A DNA stretch of 64,000 nucleotides from the NCBI GenBank assembly GCA_030649025.1, contig JAUSGO010000028.1, positions 1,074 to 65,073 on the forward strand, in the 5' to 3' direction. Position 1 is the first letter of the stretch. Each line of letters starts with the position of its first letter. The position numbers were made by a program, and so were the translations under genes. Shown piece after piece: positions 28,892 to 38,143 of this stretch. The stretch is from a bacterium (GTDB lineage: Bacteria > Patescibacteriota > Minisyncoccia > JAUYLV01). The notes under the pieces are model-generated. The model was given only the letters and a program-made list of their open reading frames with translations. It was not told where the DNA came from and made no database searches.

Positions 28892-30085
28892 GTGCTCCTC
28901 GACCGGATCCGTCGGTTAGCGGACGCGTGGGAGGTTTTTCTTATGTTAAGGCCATATCAGCACACTATCGGTATTGACGCCCGAATGCTTGGAGCGGAAC
29001 AGACGGGCATCGGAAAATATATTGCACGGCTTTGCGAATATCTACCGCCGCTCATGAGCGACACACGGTTCGTTCTCTTTTTGCGCGAACCGGAGTATTC
29101 GAATTTTAAGAGCGCCCATCCTAACGTGGTAAAACGAAGGGCGGAGGCGCATTGGTACGGCTACAAAGAACAACTCATCCTGCCCATTGGATTCCTTCTG
29201 GCGCGCCCGGACCTTATGCATTTTCCCCATTTCAACGTTCCGATGCTCTATCCGGGAAAGTTTATCGTAACAATCCACGACCTCACGCCCCATACGTTTT
29301 CGGGTCCTGCGGCGCATTCATGGTGGAGAAAGTCGATGTTTCGACTTGTTTTCTCCGGCGCCCTCGAACGATCAGAGCGCATCATTGCCGTATCGCAATA
29401 TACCAAAAAAGATATTATTGAACGCTTTAGGACGGTGCCTGAAAAAATAGGAGTAATATACGAAGGCGTGGACGAGCGATTCAAAAAAAAAGTACCGAGA
29501 ATGCAGAGTCTGGAATTTCTGAAAAAAACGTACGGCATCGCAAAACCTTTCTTGCTCTATGTCGGCGTATGGCGTGAGCATAAAAATTTGGCAGGACTTA
29601 TTGAGGCATATGCCCTGATGCTGAAAAAATACCATGCAGATTTTGATCTGGTGCTTTGCGGAAAGGAACACTCCTCGTATCCCGATGCGCGCCGAGCTTG
29701 GGAGCGCCTCGGCCTTGAGGACCGCGTAAAGCGTCCGGGCTTCATTCCAGAAAAGGAGCTTGAGCATTTTTATCGGGCGGCTTCGCTCACCGTGGTTCCT
29801 TCATTCGCCGAAGGATTCGGATTCACGGGACTTGAGTCGCTTGCGTGCCAAACACCGGTTGCCGCTTCTCAAACAACATCCTTGCCGGAAATTCTCAAAG
29901 ATGCTGCGGTATATTTTGACCCCCATAACTCCGAAAACATGGCGGAGGTCATGCATCGCATACTTGTAAACAAAGAAGAACAAAAAATATGCCTTGAAAA
30001 AGTTCCCGATCTTATGGAGCAATATCGATGGGAGACCATGGCCGAAAAAACCGCTAAGTATTACCGGAGCATTCTCGAACACTGA
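28892..30085 (+). CDS. glycosyltransferase family 4 (GT-B, RfaG-like)
   Basis: GIDARMLG N-terminus, C-terminal EGFGFTGLESLACQTPVAAS (E-x7-E motif region); alternative start at 28943. Confidence 0.75.
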   Translation: MLLDRIRRLADAWEVFLMLRPYQHTIGIDARMLGAEQTGIGKYIARLCEYLPPLMSDTRFVLFLREPEYSNFKSAHPNVVKRRAEAHWYGYKEQLILPIGFLLARPDLMHFPHFNVPMLYPGKFIVTIHDLTPHTFSGPAAHSWWRKSMFRLVFSGALERSERIIAVSQYTKKDIIERFRTVPEKIGVIYEGVDERFKKKVPRMQSLEFLKKTYGIAKPFLLYVGVWREHKNLAGLIEAYALMLKKYHADFDLVLCGKEHSSYPDARRAWERLGLEDRVKRPGFIPEKELEHFYRAASLTVVPSFAEGFGFTGLESLACQTPVAASQTTSLPEILKDAAVYFDPHNSENMAEVMHRILVNKEEQKICLEKVPDLMEQYRWETMAEKTAKYYRSILEH

Positions 30086-30396
30086 TAGCGTTGCGCTCCG
30101 TGCCCTCCGCTTGTCTTTCGATATGAAACGCCTCGGGACGTCCTCCACTGCATTATGGGTGCTGCACAATCCCTGAAGTCCATAGAACACAAGGAGGGAT
30201 TGCTTGCCGCAGGTCGCCGTTACCAGTTCGATAGAACACATGGAGCTTGCCCCTGCGGGAATACGCAGGGACTGCGGTGCCGTTACTAATTTTATAGAAC
30301 ATATGGAGCGGCGCCTTGTTGCAATTTGCGTAAAATTGGCGTACGGTGGTTTTAACGATTTCTTTCTTTGAAACTCAAATACTCAGGAGGCCTGTC

Positions 30397-32349
30397 ATGA
30401 AACGAACGAAAAGTACGTTTTTGCTTTTTTTTGCTTTATTGCTTGGTTTTTTGGCGTTTCTGCCATCGGATGGATTTGCAAAAAGACCCCAGATTCTGGC
30501 ACTTGCCGATCTTAAGCCCGGCGCCAATGCCATCGGATTCTCCGTATTCAAGGAAAATAAGATAGAACCATTTAATGTCTTGCTCGGCAATACATTTAAC
30601 AATGTGGGCATGACATATATTTACGCCAGGATATCCGGCGGACCCATGGAAACGCAACTTGAGCAAATGGGGGCCATTGCGGGCATGAGCGGAAGTCCCG
30701 TGTTCATAGATTGCACAACCTATGAAGAGTGCGTGGACCACGGCGTGCTTGTCGGCGCGATAAGTCTCGGAATAAGCAAAATTCCGCTCGGCGGCATGAA
30801 TTCGGGAATAACGCCGGCAGAAAAAATGCTAGGCTCTTCATCCGGGGGTTTTGATGCCGTCAACAGCCTCTTTGCATCTACCAATCTACCTCAAGGCATG
30901 TCCTACCCCATTCTCACGACCGCACCTCCGGGTCTATCAGAAAATCTGCAAACAAAAGGCATTACCGCGGCTTCTCCCAGCAGTGAAAAAACATCTGAAT
31001 TTGAAACTGACGCGCAAGCCAAGCTCAAGCCCGGCTCCATGATTTCCGTGTATCTTGCAAGCGGAGACATACCCATTGCCGTATCGGGAACTGTCACATG
31101 GGTTGATGAAAATCGCATCTATGCCTTCGGACATCATCTTTTCGGCAAAGGCATTGCCCGTTATCCCTTTGCTCAGATCAGCGTAAGCGCCACGATCCAA
31201 AATCCCCTCGAGCCGTATAAATCTCCGGGAAGGATTCTGGGCAACCGGGGCGTCATCACGCTTGACGGAGCAACAGAAATTTCCGGTATCATTGGCGAGA
31301 ATATGCAGGGCATTCCGTTTCGAGCGACATTGCAAATAAACGCCAAAAATTTTGCGCTGGACGAGAATGTAACACCGAATACCCCCTACACCGATACGTT
31401 TCTGACGCAACTACCGGCGTTCTGGATAAGCCGGATAGCCGGTGACGCAAAAAATCTTTCGCTTAAGTATCAGGTACGGCTCGTCCTCCAAGGACAACCG
31501 GAAATACTTATCAGGAACACCGTCGGAGCGGCATTCAAACAAAATCCGGTTGAAAAGCTAACTGCCGCGCTCGCTGGAGTAATCGGACAGCTGACTGCAA
31601 GCGGGTTTCCTTTCGCTCTCGAATCTTTGAAGCTTGACACGGAATTGCTCACGGATTCGACGCTTTGGCAGAAAGAGAGGGTTTTTCTTTCCAAAGCCGA
31701 GGCGCTTCCCGGCGAAACCGTAATACTATCCATTGTTCTGCGAAAATTCCAGGACGATGGCGTGTTCCGCAAAATTGATGTTCCAATTGCCATTCCGGCG
31801 GACATTCTTTCCCGAAAACTCCTCACGCCCTTTGCGTCGATCGGAATTCTAGTTCAGAGCAAATCGCAATTCACGAAAAAGATCCCGAATTATAGACCTC
31901 CGCGGGAGCTTACAGAAGTGATCGCGCAAATCAATGAAAACGGATTATATCGGCCCGATGCGGCGTATGTGCAAATAATCCTCCCTCCCAGGATCGAGGG
32001 CGTTCCCGTGCCGCAAAACTATGAAGCGCTTGAGAAAAGGGGGACGCGTGCATCCGATGGCCAAAAAGAGAAACGAAAAAAAGCTTCCCAGGCACAAAAG
32101 AAAGAACAGCCACCGCCCCAATCCTCCGAACCTCAAAAAACAGTACAGGGATGGCAGGTAATCGATTCCTCCGTAATTCCGCAGGAGGCCGGCTTGAACG
32201 GAAAACCGGAAGTCATTCTGTATATTCTCCCGCCGCTTTACGGCGTTCTGGATCTTTCGGAGGAACTGGAGCTTGTGGTGAAGACTCCGCCTCCTCCAGT
32301 GACAGAACAGGAACCCCCGAAAAAAAAGAAGCGCTTTTGGCTCTTCTGA
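30397..32349 (+). CDS. secreted peptidase S55 (SpoIVB-like serine peptidase) domain protein with long C-terminal extension
   Basis: Signal peptide; GMSGSPVF...GVLVGAISLG and GTVTWVDENRIYAFGHHL resemble SpoIVB catalytic Ser/His regions; start at ATG 30397 with AGGAGG RBS. Confidence 0.6.
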   Translation: MKRTKSTFLLFFALLLGFLAFLPSDGFAKRPQILALADLKPGANAIGFSVFKENKIEPFNVLLGNTFNNVGMTYIYARISGGPMETQLEQMGAIAGMSGSPVFIDCTTYEECVDHGVLVGAISLGISKIPLGGMNSGITPAEKMLGSSSGGFDAVNSLFASTNLPQGMSYPILTTAPPGLSENLQTKGITAASPSSEKTSEFETDAQAKLKPGSMISVYLASGDIPIAVSGTVTWVDENRIYAFGHHLFGKGIARYPFAQISVSATIQNPLEPYKSPGRILGNRGVITLDGATEISGIIGENMQGIPFRATLQINAKNFALDENVTPNTPYTDTFLTQLPAFWISRIAGDAKNLSLKYQVRLVLQGQPEILIRNTVGAAFKQNPVEKLTAALAGVIGQLTASGFPFALESLKLDTELLTDSTLWQKERVFLSKAEALPGETVILSIVLRKFQDDGVFRKIDVPIAIPADILSRKLLTPFASIGILVQSKSQFTKKIPNYRPPRELTEVIAQINENGLYRPDAAYVQIILPPRIEGVPVPQNYEALEKRGTRASDGQKEKRKKASQAQKKEQPPPQSSEPQKTVQGWQVIDSSVIPQEAGLNGKPEVILYILPPLYGVLDLSEELELVVKTPPPPVTEQEPPKKKKRFWLF

Positions 32350-32355
32350 AATACT

Positions 32356-32383
32356 GCGCCGCAAACCCTGCGGCGCTTTTTTA
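32356..32383 (+). terminator. rho-independent terminator
   Basis: gcgccgc-aaaccct-gcggcgc followed by ttttttaatt. Confidence 0.65.
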
Positions 32384-32400
32384 ATTGTCCGTATTATTGA

Positions 32401-32485
32401 CCCCGCTAGAAGTCGCGGACGCGTTTAACGCGTAAGAAACAAAATTTTTTTCATGAAGCGAGTCCGCGTCCTACTTCTAACGGGG
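32401..32485. promoter_or_regulatory. about 22-bp imperfect inverted repeat (CCCCGCTAGAAGTCGCGGACGCG / CGCGTCCTACTTCTAACGGGG) abutting a -35-like TTGACG upstream of comEC
   Basis: Arms at 32401-32423 and 32459-32485; TTGACG 32486-32491; TATAGT 32511-32516 (19-nt spacer, weak). Confidence 0.35.
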
Positions 32486-32540
32486 TTGACGCAGAAGTCC
32501 CAAATCATGTTATAGTGCCACATTACCCCCATAATCTGCT

Positions 32541-34067
32541 ATGCATCCATCGCGTATATTCTTTTATAGCTGTTCTGCGTTCGGCGTGGGCATATGCGTC
32601 TCGGCTATCTTTCGCATTCCGGAGAGCATGACCCTGGGCATGCTGGGCATTGCGACGGCATCACTGGCCGTGGCCGTTCTGACAAAAGTGCGTATTAAAT
32701 ATCTTGTGCCGGCGCTTGGCATTATAGCTTTTGCTCTCGGTATTATTCGGTTAGGAGACGTCGAGCAGCGGTGGGAACATGAGCGCAATGAATTTCTTCT
32801 TGCCGCACAAAACCTGTCCCGAGTATTCCCGAGGGAGGCGCCGTCAGGCATAACTGCAACCGTCGCGTCGCGCGAGAGGCTCGAGAATTCTACTCGATAC
32901 GAACTCGAACGCATTTCTCTGGAAGATCGCTCCCGGACTCGTTGGCTTCTTACGTATACAGGATATGAAATATTCGACCCCGGAGACCGCATCCTTCTGC
33001 AACGGCCGCACTTCGATACCTCAACGACGAGCGAAGCTTTTTTGAAGCGCGACGGCATTGCCGGCGCCGTGAGGTTCCCTGAAAAAATCGTTCCGCTCGG
33101 AAGTTCCTGTCCTACGTTTTTGGCGAATGCCTCATGCGCCCGCTATAGAGCTTCCGAGCAACTCTCCCATCTGAAAGAATCTTTTGAAAAAAATCTCCGT
33201 CTTGCGCTTCCCGTACCGCATGCCGCGCTCGCGGCCGGACTTTTGCTGGGCACGCGCAGCGCTCTGTCGCAGGAAATGAAGGACGATTTCAGGCGCACGG
33301 GAATGAGCCACATTGTCGCAGTTTCCGGCTACAACATCACTATTCTTATCCTTGCCATTGCCACCCTGATGGGATTTTTTATGTTGCCCAGATCCTTAAC
33401 ATTCTGGGCCGTCACACTGTTCATTATACTTTTTACGCTTCTCACCGGAGCCGGAGCGTCGGTGGTGCGCGCAGCCCTCATGGGATTCTTGCTTATTCTT
33501 GCGCAAAAAGAATCACGCATGTATTCGGCAAGGATTGCCCTTTCTTCCGCCGGGGCTCTCATGCTTTTTCAAAACCCGATGCTTTTGCGATACGATCTGG
33601 GCTTCGTGCTTTCGTTCCTGGCAACCGCAGGACTTTTGGTGCTTTATCCGCTTCTTGAAGAGCGAGCGCGCGAAAATAAGAAACTCTCCGGCATTAAGGA
33701 TGTCGCACTGCAATCCGTCTCCGCACAGTTATTTGTCTTACCTGTCATCATCATTACATTCGGTTCTATTTCTTTCGTATTTCTCATCTCTAACGTTGCC
33801 GTTCTCCCATTCATTCCCCCCACGATGTTTTTCAGCTTCCTTGCCGGTATCGCGGGGTTTTTCGGCGAGCATATCGGAAACATCGTTGCGTTTCCCGCAT
33901 ACATTCTGCTTGATTACGAGATTATCATCGTTGCCACGTTTTCAAAAATTCCTCACGCATCTCTTGCTCTGGCGTCCGCTTCTTTGCGGTATGCCGCAGG
34001 ACTTGCCTCCACCATAGGAGCTGCCTTGCTTGTATGGAAACTGAAAAAACTTCGTGAAACTTTTTAA
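32541..34067 (+). CDS. comEC: ComEC/Rec2 DNA-uptake channel (DUF4131 + competence domain), without C-terminal MBL domain
   Basis: Multi-TM; competence motif RRTGMSHIVAVSGYNITILI; about 10 predicted TM helices. Confidence 0.75.
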   Translation: MHPSRIFFYSCSAFGVGICVSAIFRIPESMTLGMLGIATASLAVAVLTKVRIKYLVPALGIIAFALGIIRLGDVEQRWEHERNEFLLAAQNLSRVFPREAPSGITATVASRERLENSTRYELERISLEDRSRTRWLLTYTGYEIFDPGDRILLQRPHFDTSTTSEAFLKRDGIAGAVRFPEKIVPLGSSCPTFLANASCARYRASEQLSHLKESFEKNLRLALPVPHAALAAGLLLGTRSALSQEMKDDFRRTGMSHIVAVSGYNITILILAIATLMGFFMLPRSLTFWAVTLFIILFTLLTGAGASVVRAALMGFLLILAQKESRMYSARIALSSAGALMLFQNPMLLRYDLGFVLSFLATAGLLVLYPLLEERARENKKLSGIKDVALQSVSAQLFVLPVIIITFGSISFVFLISNVAVLPFIPPTMFFSFLAGIAGFFGEHIGNIVAFPAYILLDYEIIIVATFSKIPHASLALASASLRYAAGLASTIGAALLVWKLKKLRETF

Positions 34068-35001
34068 TGTTCGTGCAATATTTATGTATCGCCTCTTCAG
34101 AAAACATCGCTTTCTTCTTGTATTCATCCTTTTTCTTGGGGTTGTGCTTTTGTGGAAGACGGACGCTCTCGTCGGTTCTCCAGGCCTTCGTGTCCACTTC
34201 TTTGATGTTGGCCAGGGAGACGCGGAATTTTTTGAAACCCCGGGGGGCAAGCAGGTGCTTATCGACGGCGGGCCGCGGCAAGACGTGATACGGCGTCTTG
34301 CCCAGACCATGCCGTTCTGGGACCATTCAATAGATCTTGTCATCCTCACCCATCCTCAGCTTGACCATCTTTCCGGCCTTGTTCCCGTTCTGGAGCGTTA
34401 CCACGTGGGAAGCATCATGCTCAATGCCGCTTCGTACAAGCTTGATGCATATGCGGCGCTTTTGAACGTTGTTGGGCAAAAAAACATTCCCGTTGTTTTG
34501 GCACGCGCGGGTGAAAAAATAACGTTCGATAGCGGCATCACCGCCAAAATTCTTTCTCCGAAAGAAATCGTTGCGGAGGAGTTGTTCAAGGAAATAAACG
34601 AATCATCCATCATCGTGCGCCTTGATTACGGAAAGACGTCTTTTTTATTCACCGGGGACGCTGGATTTCCCACGGAAGAAGATCTTGTTTCCCGAGATGC
34701 CTTTCTTGATGTGGATGTGCTGAAAGTGGGACACCATGGCTCAAAATACGCCTCAGGAGAGACGTTCTTGCGGGCGGTATCGCCACGCGTTGCCGTCATT
34801 GAAGTTGGCGCAAAAAATACCTACGGCCACCCAACTCCGGAAACACTCTCGCGCCTTGCCGCAATCGGCGCTACAATATTTCGAACCGATAAAGACGCCA
34901 CCGTAACGCTTGAAACGGACGGAAAAACGGTATCACGGCTCTTTGCGAAAGACTACGGCATCTTCCGTTCCGTAAAGTCGCAAACGCTTTTTGAGGAATA
35001 G
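34054..35001 (+). CDS. membrane-anchored metallo-beta-lactamase-fold hydrolase (ComEC C-terminal-type nuclease domain) encoded as a separate ORF
   Basis: N-terminal TM; FFDVGQGDAEF, LILTHPQLDHLSGL (HxHxDH), VGHHGSK motifs; overlaps comEC stop by 14 nt. Confidence 0.7.
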   Translation: MKLFNVRAIFMYRLFRKHRFLLVFILFLGVVLLWKTDALVGSPGLRVHFFDVGQGDAEFFETPGGKQVLIDGGPRQDVIRRLAQTMPFWDHSIDLVILTHPQLDHLSGLVPVLERYHVGSIMLNAASYKLDAYAALLNVVGQKNIPVVLARAGEKITFDSGITAKILSPKEIVAEELFKEINESSIIVRLDYGKTSFLFTGDAGFPTEEDLVSRDAFLDVDVLKVGHHGSKYASGETFLRAVSPRVAVIEVGAKNTYGHPTPETLSRLAAIGATIFRTDKDATVTLETDGKTVSRLFAKDYGIFRSVKSQTLFEE

Positions 35002-35013
35002 GAGCAAGGCAGT

Positions 35014-37227
35014 CTATTCTCCGTGCACGCGCCCCCCGGATCTCTTAAGTCTTTCCCTAATAGCGGGATGGCGTGCAAGATCTGGATCTTCTGCACAAAC
35101 CTTCCTGGCATCTTCCCGGACTCTTTCAATGAGCACCGGATCTTGCAGGGCCTCCATGGCGATATCGGGCATGCCGGACTGCGCCTCGCCCATGAATTCT
35201 CCCGGTCCGCGCAATTCAAGATCGATCTGTGCAAGCTCAAATCCGTTTTTTGCGCCAACAAGCGCCCGGAGGCGGCTTTGGGTCTCTGCCCCTGAAGAAT
35301 CCGAAAAAAGCAGACAATATGATTTATGTTCGCCCCTTCCTACTCTTCCGCGAAACTGATGGAGGGTCGCAAGCCCAAACCGGTCAGCTCCTTCAATTGC
35401 CATAACGGTCGCATTAGGAACATCTATGCCAACCTCGATAACGGAAGTAGAGACCAGGATATCGGTCTGGCCTTCGGTAAATTTCTTCATGACGCTTTCT
35501 TTTTCTTTCGATTTAAGCTTTCCGTGCAGCATGGCTACGCTGAGGTCTGGAAATACGATTTTTGACAGTTTTTCGTATTCTTCTTTCACCGCCTTCACGT
35601 CGTTCCATACCAATTTCCTCCTATCTTTTTCCGCGCTTATCTGCGCTGGGCCCATCCCGCGCTGATCCGCATTATTCGAAAGCTCTATTCGAGGACAAAT
35701 AACAAATGCTTGCCGCCCCTCTTTGATCTCCGAACGGATGAACGCGTATGCTTCATTGCGATGCGCGGGAGCTACGAGGCGCGTCTCGATGGGCTTGCGA
35801 TCGGAAGGCATTTCGGTGATGCGCGAGATGTCCAAATCCCCGTATACCGCAAGAGCCAGTGTTCGAGGTATCGGCGTTGCGGACATGGAAAGAAAATGCG
35901 GCGCTTGTGCATCGCCAGACTTTTTGAGGATATTCGAACGCTGGTCAACGCCGAAGCGATGTTGCTCATCCACGATGGCAAGGGCCACGTCTTTGCAAAG
36001 CATCTCCGGCGAAAGAAGCGCATGAGTTCCAATTGCAACGTGCACGCCTCCTTCTTTGAGCAGTGCCCGAAACGTCTTTTTTGCGATCTTCTTCTCGGAC
36101 GCATGCGATGCAATAAGCGCATAAGGAGAAGAGGTGACGAATCCTATGGTAATACCGTGCGGCCCAAGAATTTTTTTTGCGCTTGCAAAATGCTGGCGCG
36201 CAAGAACCTCGGTCGGTGCCATAATAATGGCCTGATGTCCGGCTTTTATCACCTCCAGCACCGCAAGGAATGCGACGATGGTTTTGCCGCTTCCTACGTC
36301 ACCCTCAAGAAGTCTTTGCATGGGATAGGGATGCGCAATGTCTTGCAAAATCTGCCAGGCAGCCCTGCGCTGGCCATCCGTGAGATTGAAAGGAAGCTTG
36401 TCTACGAATGTTTTAATGAGAGATTGGTCAAAGGGGATCGCGTGAGCCCGTATGCGCTCTCGCCCTTTTTGTTCCATGATAAATCGCGTCTGGAGCAAAA
36501 AAAGTTCTTCGAATTGAAAACGCCTACGCGCTTCTTTGGCATCTTTTGATGTTTCAGGGAAATGGATAGAGCGCACTGCCCGTTCGGGGGGTAAAAATTT
36601 TTCACGTAAAAGAACTTCGTGCGGAAATATTTCACGAAGACTCGAGGCGGTATCGAGATACCGGTGCACAAGCATGCGGATCCATCGGGAAGTCAGCCCC
36701 TTTGTTTCCCGATATACCGGCACAAGCCGCCGGGTATGCAAAGAGCTCTCCTGGCCGGTACCGATTATTTCGTATGCGGGATTTGCAAAGTAGATACCGC
36801 GCTTTCCATCATACACTTTTCCGGCAAGCGCAATTTTTGTTCCTTTTTTGAACATCCGCGCAAGATAGAGCTGGTTGAACCATACCACGCGGACCGACCC
36901 GGAAGCATCGTCTACGACGGCTTCCAAAAGCTGCGTTCCGCGATTCCATGCTCTGATGATTTTTACATCTTTTACATACCCCTCCACAGCAACAACCTCG
37001 CCCGCGCGCAAGTCTCGTGTGGCCAAGACCCGCGAGAAATCGTCATATCGATATGGGAAGTAATGCAAAAGATCCTCGACGCTGTGCAGGCCGAGGACGT
37101 TCAATTTCCTGGTTAGCGCCTGATTTTTTACAAAGGCCGCCACAGTTTGGTATGATATGATTAGAACAACGGTAGGATAAGCGCTGCCACCATCGAGATA
37201 GATACGACAACAACCGCTGCACCCCAA
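35014..37227 (-). CDS. recG: ATP-dependent DNA helicase RecG
   Basis: Wedge/OB N-terminus, motif I RLLEGDVGSGKTIVAFLA, DEQHRFGV, helicase C motifs and TRG-like region. Confidence 0.85.
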   Translation of the reverse strand: MGCSGCCRIYLDGGSAYPTVVLIISYQTVAAFVKNQALTRKLNVLGLHSVEDLLHYFPYRYDDFSRVLATRDLRAGEVVAVEGYVKDVKIIRAWNRGTQLLEAVVDDASGSVRVVWFNQLYLARMFKKGTKIALAGKVYDGKRGIYFANPAYEIIGTGQESSLHTRRLVPVYRETKGLTSRWIRMLVHRYLDTASSLREIFPHEVLLREKFLPPERAVRSIHFPETSKDAKEARRRFQFEELFLLQTRFIMEQKGRERIRAHAIPFDQSLIKTFVDKLPFNLTDGQRRAAWQILQDIAHPYPMQRLLEGDVGSGKTIVAFLAVLEVIKAGHQAIIMAPTEVLARQHFASAKKILGPHGITIGFVTSSPYALIASHASEKKIAKKTFRALLKEGGVHVAIGTHALLSPEMLCKDVALAIVDEQHRFGVDQRSNILKKSGDAQAPHFLSMSATPIPRTLALAVYGDLDISRITEMPSDRKPIETRLVAPAHRNEAYAFIRSEIKEGRQAFVICPRIELSNNADQRGMGPAQISAEKDRRKLVWNDVKAVKEEYEKLSKIVFPDLSVAMLHGKLKSKEKESVMKKFTEGQTDILVSTSVIEVGIDVPNATVMAIEGADRFGLATLHQFRGRVGRGEHKSYCLLFSDSSGAETQSRLRALVGAKNGFELAQIDLELRGPGEFMGEAQSGMPDIAMEALQDPVLIERVREDARKVCAEDPDLARHPAIRERLKRSGGRVHGE

Positions 37228-37423
37228 ATGAATTTGATGATTTGTTTTTTTCGTCTCATATCATAATTAGTATAGTGGAAAGGCCCTCTGAACACAATAT
37301 GCCCGGTGCGATAATTTCGACCGCCCTCCGGACATACTTTTAAAGAAAATCTTAGCCATGGCTAAGGCGTTTGATTTTTAATTGCATCGCGAGCTTTAAG
37401 GCGTTGAAATTGTAGCGCCATGT

Positions 37424-37816
37424 ATGGCCATCCTCCGTTCAAAAATAACCATCGTAGTTGCATCGGGTTTCACCATTATGTTTGGCGCTCTTGGCGCAAG
37501 GGCATTCATGCAGGAGCGCGCATTACGGCGGGACATTGCCAAGCTTGAGTCGGGCATCGCGAAGGCCGAAGAAAAAAACAAAGAACTTGTACATTTGGTT
37601 GAATATTTTTCCAAACCCGAACAACTTGAAAAAGAAGCGAAGGTCCGGCTTAACCTTAAAAGGCCCGACGAAGAAGTGCTGGCGCTCTCATCCGAACCCC
37701 CATATATTCCAAGCGCTTCCGGCAATCCGAGCATGAGCGTGCAAACCACGACATTCCCCTTCTCGCAAATTGTAGATTTTTTTAAATCCTTTTTCACCTA
37801 TTCGCTTAAGGAATAA
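37424..37816 (+). CDS. septum formation initiator family protein (FtsB/DivIC-like)
   Basis: Single N-terminal TM followed by coiled coil (LRRDIAKLESGIAKAEEKNKEL) as in FtsB/DivIC. Confidence 0.55.
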   Translation: MAILRSKITIVVASGFTIMFGALGARAFMQERALRRDIAKLESGIAKAEEKNKELVHLVEYFSKPEQLEKEAKVRLNLKRPDEEVLALSSEPPYIPSASGNPSMSVQTTTFPFSQIVDFFKSFFTYSLKE

Positions 37817-37820
37817 TTTT

Positions 37821-37891
37821 GCGGGCGTAGTATAGTGGTAGTACGTGACCTTCCCAAGGTCAAAGTGTGGGTTCGATTCCCATCGCCCGCT
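37821..37891 (+). tRNA. tRNA-Gly(CCC), CCA not encoded
   Basis: GCGGGCG-TA-GTAT-AGTGGTA-GTAC-G-TGACC-TTCCCAA-GGTCA-AAGT-GTGGG-TTCGATT-CCCAT-CGCCCGC-T. Confidence 0.85.
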
Positions 37892-37912
37892 CATGCGAGG
37901 TTAGTGGAGTGG

Positions 37913-38032
37913 GCTGAATGCTCCAGTGGAGCATTCAGCGGGAGACTGCGGTGTTTCGGAAAAATAAAAGTCTCCCAGGAAGTACGATTGCTTCCCAAGC
38001 AATAAGCACGAGTCCGATTCTCGTATCCCGCT
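37913..38032 (+). other. chimeric tRNA-Gly(CCC)-like paralog: structured element copy D replaces the 5' third; anticodon arm, T-arm and acceptor 3' strand retained with compensatory substitutions
   Basis: GGCTGAATGCTCC-AGTG-GAGCATTCAGC / GGGAGAC[23-nt loop with GTTTCGGAAAAATAA]GTCTCCC / AGGAA / GTAC-G-ATTGC-TTCCCAA-GCAAT-AAGC-ACGAG-TCCGATT-CTCGT-ATCCCGC-T; stems differ from true tRNA-Gly but remain paired. Confidence 0.5.
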
Positions 38033-38045
38033 CACGTTGAGAAGA

Positions 38046-38068
38046 CCGCACTGTTGTGCGGTTTTCTT
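38046..38068 (+). terminator. rho-independent terminator
   Basis: ccgcac-tgtt-gtgcgg followed by ttttctt. Confidence 0.55.
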
Positions 38069-38143
38069 GTTGAGGAGCGCGGAGAAGTAAATCGTTCCCG
38101 ATGGATATTTGCATAATGACGAAAATTATGGTATGCTTTAAAC

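Noticed and set aside
35710-36549. 279-aa + strand ORF (and 36619..37116)
   Set aside because: It is entirely antisense to recG, which has clear helicase motifs. It is Arg/Cys-rich and a typical GC-skew artefact.
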